Below are positions 59,441 through 64,000 of a stretch of 64,000 bases of DNA, one piece after another (within the stretch, counting starts at the first letter, position 1; each line of letters opens with the position of its first letter). The notes below the pieces were generated by a model. That model searched no databases, was not told the DNA's origin, and was given only the letters and a program-made list of their open reading frames with translations. Origin of the DNA: Podarcis liolepis (Eukaryota); the NCBI GenBank assembly GCA_965112155.1, contig OZ218107.1; one strand, written 5' to 3'. A program made the translations under genes and the position numbers.

Positions 59441-60996
59441 GCACCATTTGTTTAGATTAGAAGCACGACAGCTCTGGGATGTGGGAAGAGGGGTTTTCAT
59501 GGGAGGATGTGAGATCTCTTGAGAACTTTATGCAGGTGGGAAGGCTGCCAGCACAAGGGTCTTGGCCACCTGATGGTTGGGGCCATTTTGGCCTGTGAAC
59601 TTCCCACCCACCCTTGGTGCTGGTGCTTCACTGGGCTCTTGGGTTGGTGGTTGACAAGGCTGGAAAGGAATTTTACTCCCTATCTCAATTGACTCTGGGC
59701 TGGGAGGTTTCCTTCCCTGATCTTCATAACTTTTGTTAGGTGTCCATAAATGTGCGGCATGACTTTGGGCAGAGTGGCATTAGTCAGGATTAAACATAAG
59801 AGGATCCCCGCAAGCAGTCTAGTGGAGTAAATCAAGGTGTGGTGTAGCCACTTCTGGAGAAAAATAAATCAGAATCAATGGAATCTTATGGTGGTTTGAT
59901 CACAGAGCTTTTCATACTTTTTTCGATAAAAGAATATTGCTTCGACTGGAACTTTCTAGGACTGATGGTAATTATGGCTATCGCCAAATATTCCATCTAG
60001 GCCTTCATCGGCTCCATTTACAGAGAATCATATAAGCATTATTTCTCAAGCCAGGAATAAAAAAAATCCTCTTGATCTGCTGGGATGGCAGGATGTACTC
60101 ATGCCCTGGTTAAAACCTATAAAACTCCTTAAATAAACAGAAAAAAGTTGAGGATATCGCAGCGATTTTCCTCGTAGATTCTTACTTATGACAACATAAT
60201 CCTGTTACATTAAACAAACTCTCCAAATTGACTGTAATATAAACAGAGAGCTTTTCTCTTCATTTATGTTAATCTTATTCAGTTGCTGACTTTTCACACT
60301 AATGTGAACAAAAGGATAAAGAATTTTTAAAACCTGCTCAAGGAAAAATGACAGACTGCGGACTCTTCTCCTTTACTACTGGGCAGCGTGTATAGCAGGG
60401 CTGTTTCAGGATCTACTTTGCTTTTTGCTAGGTGCAAAATACAGGGGACAGGCAGACATTAAGGAATAGGGTGCCTCTGAGCACATGGTCAGTCCAAGAA
60501 TATGTGCCCAAGCAACCTAATGGGGAAGGCAGCATTTTAGTAGCTGGTATTGCTAGACAACTGGAAATCAGAAACCCTTGCCAATATGCTACAATTCTCT
60601 CAGAGATCTACCACCATATCCTGATCCACCCTCTCCCCATCCAAAATAAGCCAAGTGCCCTTATTGCGAGGGACACCTATGAATTTAATAAAATTTCAAT
60701 GTATTTTTGGAAAATTCATTAAATGTATTTTATTAATTAAGATGCTATAATTGCAAGCCGTGGGTGCAAACCTATGCAGAATTATGTTTGTGTAATACCA
60801 ACTAAACTCAGTAAGGCATACTATGCATGTTTACTCAAAAGTACTTTTAAGATGGAACCTCAATCCCTTTGTTTTTAGTGGAGCAGGATTGCATTAGCAC
60901 AGGGTTGCCAGCTTGGCACTTACGGGTACTATAGTGCTTGCGAAGGCTTTCACTGGTGCCCATGAGCTGGTGACTGGGTCGTTCTTTCTTTCGTAA

Positions 60997-61104
60997 TCGA
61001 AACAAAATAAAATTAAAAAAAAATTCATTCCGGTAGCACCTTAGAGACCAACTAAGTTTGTTATTGGTATGAGCTTTCGTGTGCATGCACACTTCTTCAG
61101 ATAA
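60997..61104 (-). mobile_element. Penelope pLTR-only insertion with hammerhead motif (~61066-61104)
   Basis: Reverse complement reads atctgaagaagtgtgcatgcacacgaaagctcatacc; TSD ctttctttcgtaa / ctttcttttgtaa. Confidence 0.85.
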
Positions 61105-61265
61105 CTTTCTTTTGTAAGTTAGCCTTCTGAGAAATAAATTTATGAAGCAAAATGTTCAGGAACCTTCTAAGTGATTTCTGTGAAAGGAGAAGGAATGTAG
61201 TGTAGCCACTTTGAAGTTTTCCCCCCTGGAACTGAGGAATGCTCTCTGCTACTATTAAACAGCAA

Positions 61266-61267
<2 letters not shown>

Positions 61268-61300
<33 letters not shown>
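61268..61300. repeat. (TG)n microsatellite
   Basis: Read directly from the sequence. Confidence 0.95.
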
Positions 61301-61303
<3 letters not shown>

Positions 61304-62539
61304 TCAATATTGTGTGATCTCCACAGTAAGAACCAGCAGGATACAGCATAAGGTTGCCAGGGATGGCTGTCTCTCAAATTTTGTGTTATGTCACACGCTC
61401 TGTGGCAGCTATTTCGTGTTATGCCAGGTCTCCCTCCCATCCCCGAGCAGCTATTTTGTGACAGGTACCCCTGGCACTCTCAAAATTCAATATGCGCCCA
61501 CTGGTCTGAAAAAAAAGTTGGCGACCTCTGCCTTAACAGATCCCCATACTGTAACATATAAATTTCACTCTAATCGGTGCACTTCTGGCACTGGTTTATT
61601 TCAACAACTTTCCAGATGGTTATTAGATATAAAAAAACCCCAAACCATTATTGATGTGCTGACGTAGCAGGTTGGTAATAGTGTTTTTAAGGAAGATTAA
61701 TTAGGCTGGAAACAATGCTGCTTAAGCATAATTATGACTCTCATTACTACACTGGGACTCACCTTTGTTTATCTGTTATGCCTTCATTAGATATGCCTGT
61801 TTTGTATTCCATAGCAACTTCACCAAAACACCATCCATTCTTCTCGGTTTTTATTGGCACCTTGTGCTTATGTTCTTCATTAATTTCTACTAGCCCACAG
61901 TGTACATTTACAGTGACGGTTCCTGTGTGTTCATGTATTCAATTCAGGAAGAGTAAAATAGCTTTCTTTCTTTTTTCGCATCACAGCAATGACAGTGATG
62001 TTGTACATTAATAATACTATAGTTACTGAACTACATCTGGAACTTGAAGCTACAACCCTGAGATGTCTCTAAGTTCAGTGGAATTGTAACAGGCTTATTT
62101 ATGTACAATCTGACCTTGGGGTAATAGAAGTGAATCGAACGTATTTTCGTGTCACACCTAGCTGCAATAAATTAAGCAGCAAGGAAAAATATTAATTTTA
62201 GAGAAACTTGTGGATTGTGATCAAATGCTCACTTATAAAAGACAGAAAGTTTCTCTCTCACTTACATATTTATTGTACTTTCTAAGGATATTAACTATCA
62301 AATAAAGTACCAATTACCAACAGTTACATTGTCAAACAGAAGTGGAGGTGAAACAATCTTGTCAGCATAATGCAAACTCTTCTGTCTTGAAGTTAATTGA
62401 AGCAAAATGGTCTCCCACGGGTTCACTGATGTGATCTGTACTGCATAGTCCGGCTGTTTTCAAGTTAAAGGCTACTAGTGATGGGAAGTGTGGTTATTTA
62501 TTAACTGCAGTTAACCGCTGGGCTAGAGAGACAGATGCA

Positions 62540-63110
62540 TCATCCACCAGCTGCCTAAGAACTTCTCCCACTAAGTTGACCAAGATGGTCTTGGCAGTCA
62601 TACTGGGGGACTGCAATGTCCATGTCGACGCAACCTCCTCAGGGCAAGCTCCGGACTTTAAGGTCACTACCACAACCATAGGTCTGTCTCAGTACACTGT
62701 GAATCTAGCTCATGTTACAGGTCAATCTTCTTTTTGCAATAAGAGGGACTGATGTGTACATAAATTAACTCCATTGTCGTGGACAGACCACTGCCACTGA
62801 TGGAGGAACAGGGGTGTGGGGGGAGTGCATTGCCCCCGGTGGCACGATTCTGGTTGGGTGCTGTTGCGGCTGCCCCCACTCGCGCTGGGCACCATGCCCC
62901 CAGGACACACGCCATGCCCCCAGGACACACGCCACGCCCCCAGGACACACGCCACGTCCCCAGGATGCACACCAAGCCCCCAGGACGCACACCACGCCCC
63001 CAGGACAATGAGCCATGCCCCCAGGACGTGTGCCAGCCACGCCCCTGCCTGCTCTCTGCTCCCCCTCTGCCGGAGCTTGAAGCTCCGCCGCTGACCACTG
63101 CCTGGTGAAA
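62540..63110 (+). mobile_element. Degraded L2/CR1-group APE endonuclease fragment split by a hAT MITE
   Basis: ILGDCNVHVDATSSGQAPDF...TTIGLSQ, and TPLSWTDH(C)LV once the MITE is removed; these match the GDFN and SDH endonuclease motifs. Confidence 0.7.
62795..63093. mobile_element. hAT MITE containing a 20-bp minisatellite
   Basis: Perfect 8-bp TSD accactgc (62787-62794 / 63094-63101); TIRs CACTGATGGAG / CTCCGCCGCTG; about 7 units of gccacgccccCAGGACacac at ~62890-63045. Confidence 0.85.
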
Positions 63111-64000
63111 CACCGAAGCAGAATCAATCCCTGCAGTCGCAGAGCCTCCATTTTGCACAAAATTTAAAAGGTGGCAAATGCAAGACCGGTTTACAGAGGG
63201 ATGCTCAGGAGGCTCCTCACTGTCTATTTGCAGCCGCAGATTTACTTACCCCACACCTGATATCATACAACATCAGGTGTGGGGCACATGGCGTGGCTAG
63301 GAGAAAATGGCTTCGTGGGTCAAATTAGGACTCCTAGCAGACACAGTCTGCCCGGCAGGCAGTGGGGGGGCTCCTTCCCCTCTAGCCTGGACAAAAGCTG
63401 AGGATGCAGTTAATAAATGTCAGTGTAAAAGAGCATGAATCTCAACATTTTAATTAAAGGGAGTATCTGCACAAAGTTCGAAGCTTGTCAAATTCCTCTA
63501 CATAAGGCAGGCCCACCAAGAGAAATAAATTCAATTACATGCTGCAGAGCTTTTATAAACACACAAAGGGAGTGACTTGCATTCAGGGTTCATAAAGGGG
63601 ATGTAACTGCCTATTTGGGACTGTGGTGTGACACTGTATGCTAGAAACGGTCTAAAATAATTGCAAAGCAGACGTGTCTGCCCAGTGATTTTCAAGTACT
63701 AAAACTTCTTGCTTCCCAGATGCACTAGCTCCCATTAGTTTAATGACACATGATGTTTATAAAACGTCAGGATATCTATAAACAGTTCTGTGTTGCTTCC
63801 ATTTATTGTGACCATTCAGCAAATAAACTGTAATTAATCCACATTCCATTACTCTGACTGAATCCTTTTTTTAAAAAAAGAAATTGCTCTGATGTAGTTT
63901 TGATCTAATATCAAGTTCTAGTATCTGGAGTCTGGACTGGGGGTCATTCAGGATAACTTAATTGAAATGGTTGTGAATAACTTTGTGTTCAGTCTAGGTG

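Noticed and set aside
62890-63045. Regularly spaced repeats resembling a CRISPR array
   Set aside because: Head-to-tail 20-bp units without unique spacers, inside a eukaryotic MITE; no cas genes.

Overview
Vertebrate (squamate) genomic DNA, most likely a lacertid lizard, judged by Sauria/POM-type SINEs with (ACCTTT)n tails, tRNA-head/CR1-tail SINEs and reptile-type Penelope, CR1, L2, RTE and L1 elements. Bases 725-5425 hold the last eight coding exons of NAP1L1 (+; 206 aa in the window, ending in the CaaX motif CKQQ). A CpG island at ~11.2-12.7 kb holds the single coding exon of PHLDA1 (+; ATG 11985 to stop 12491, 168 aa), followed by a 3'UTR intron and a long 3'UTR probably ending near 17.78 kb. 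The tandem same-strand NAP1L1-PHLDA1 order matches mammals. From ~18 kb to 64 kb I find no host gene, only repeats and some repeat-poor stretches that may be enhancers. Most notable: (1) a 2.36-kb hAT-type element with an exact 8-bp target-site duplication (TSD) that carries CpG-island/promoter-like cargo and a nested young L1 fragment (Pack-TIR-like); (2) three Penelope insertions carrying four minimal hammerhead-ribozyme cores, one insertion forming a perfect 90-bp hairpin; (3) a compact PHLDA1 lacking the mammalian polyQ, PQ and PH repeats; (4) a possible CaaX-less NAP1L1 isoform. Most other ORFs in the supplied track are chance or GC-rich shadow frames. Family names and human comparisons are from memory, not from database searches.
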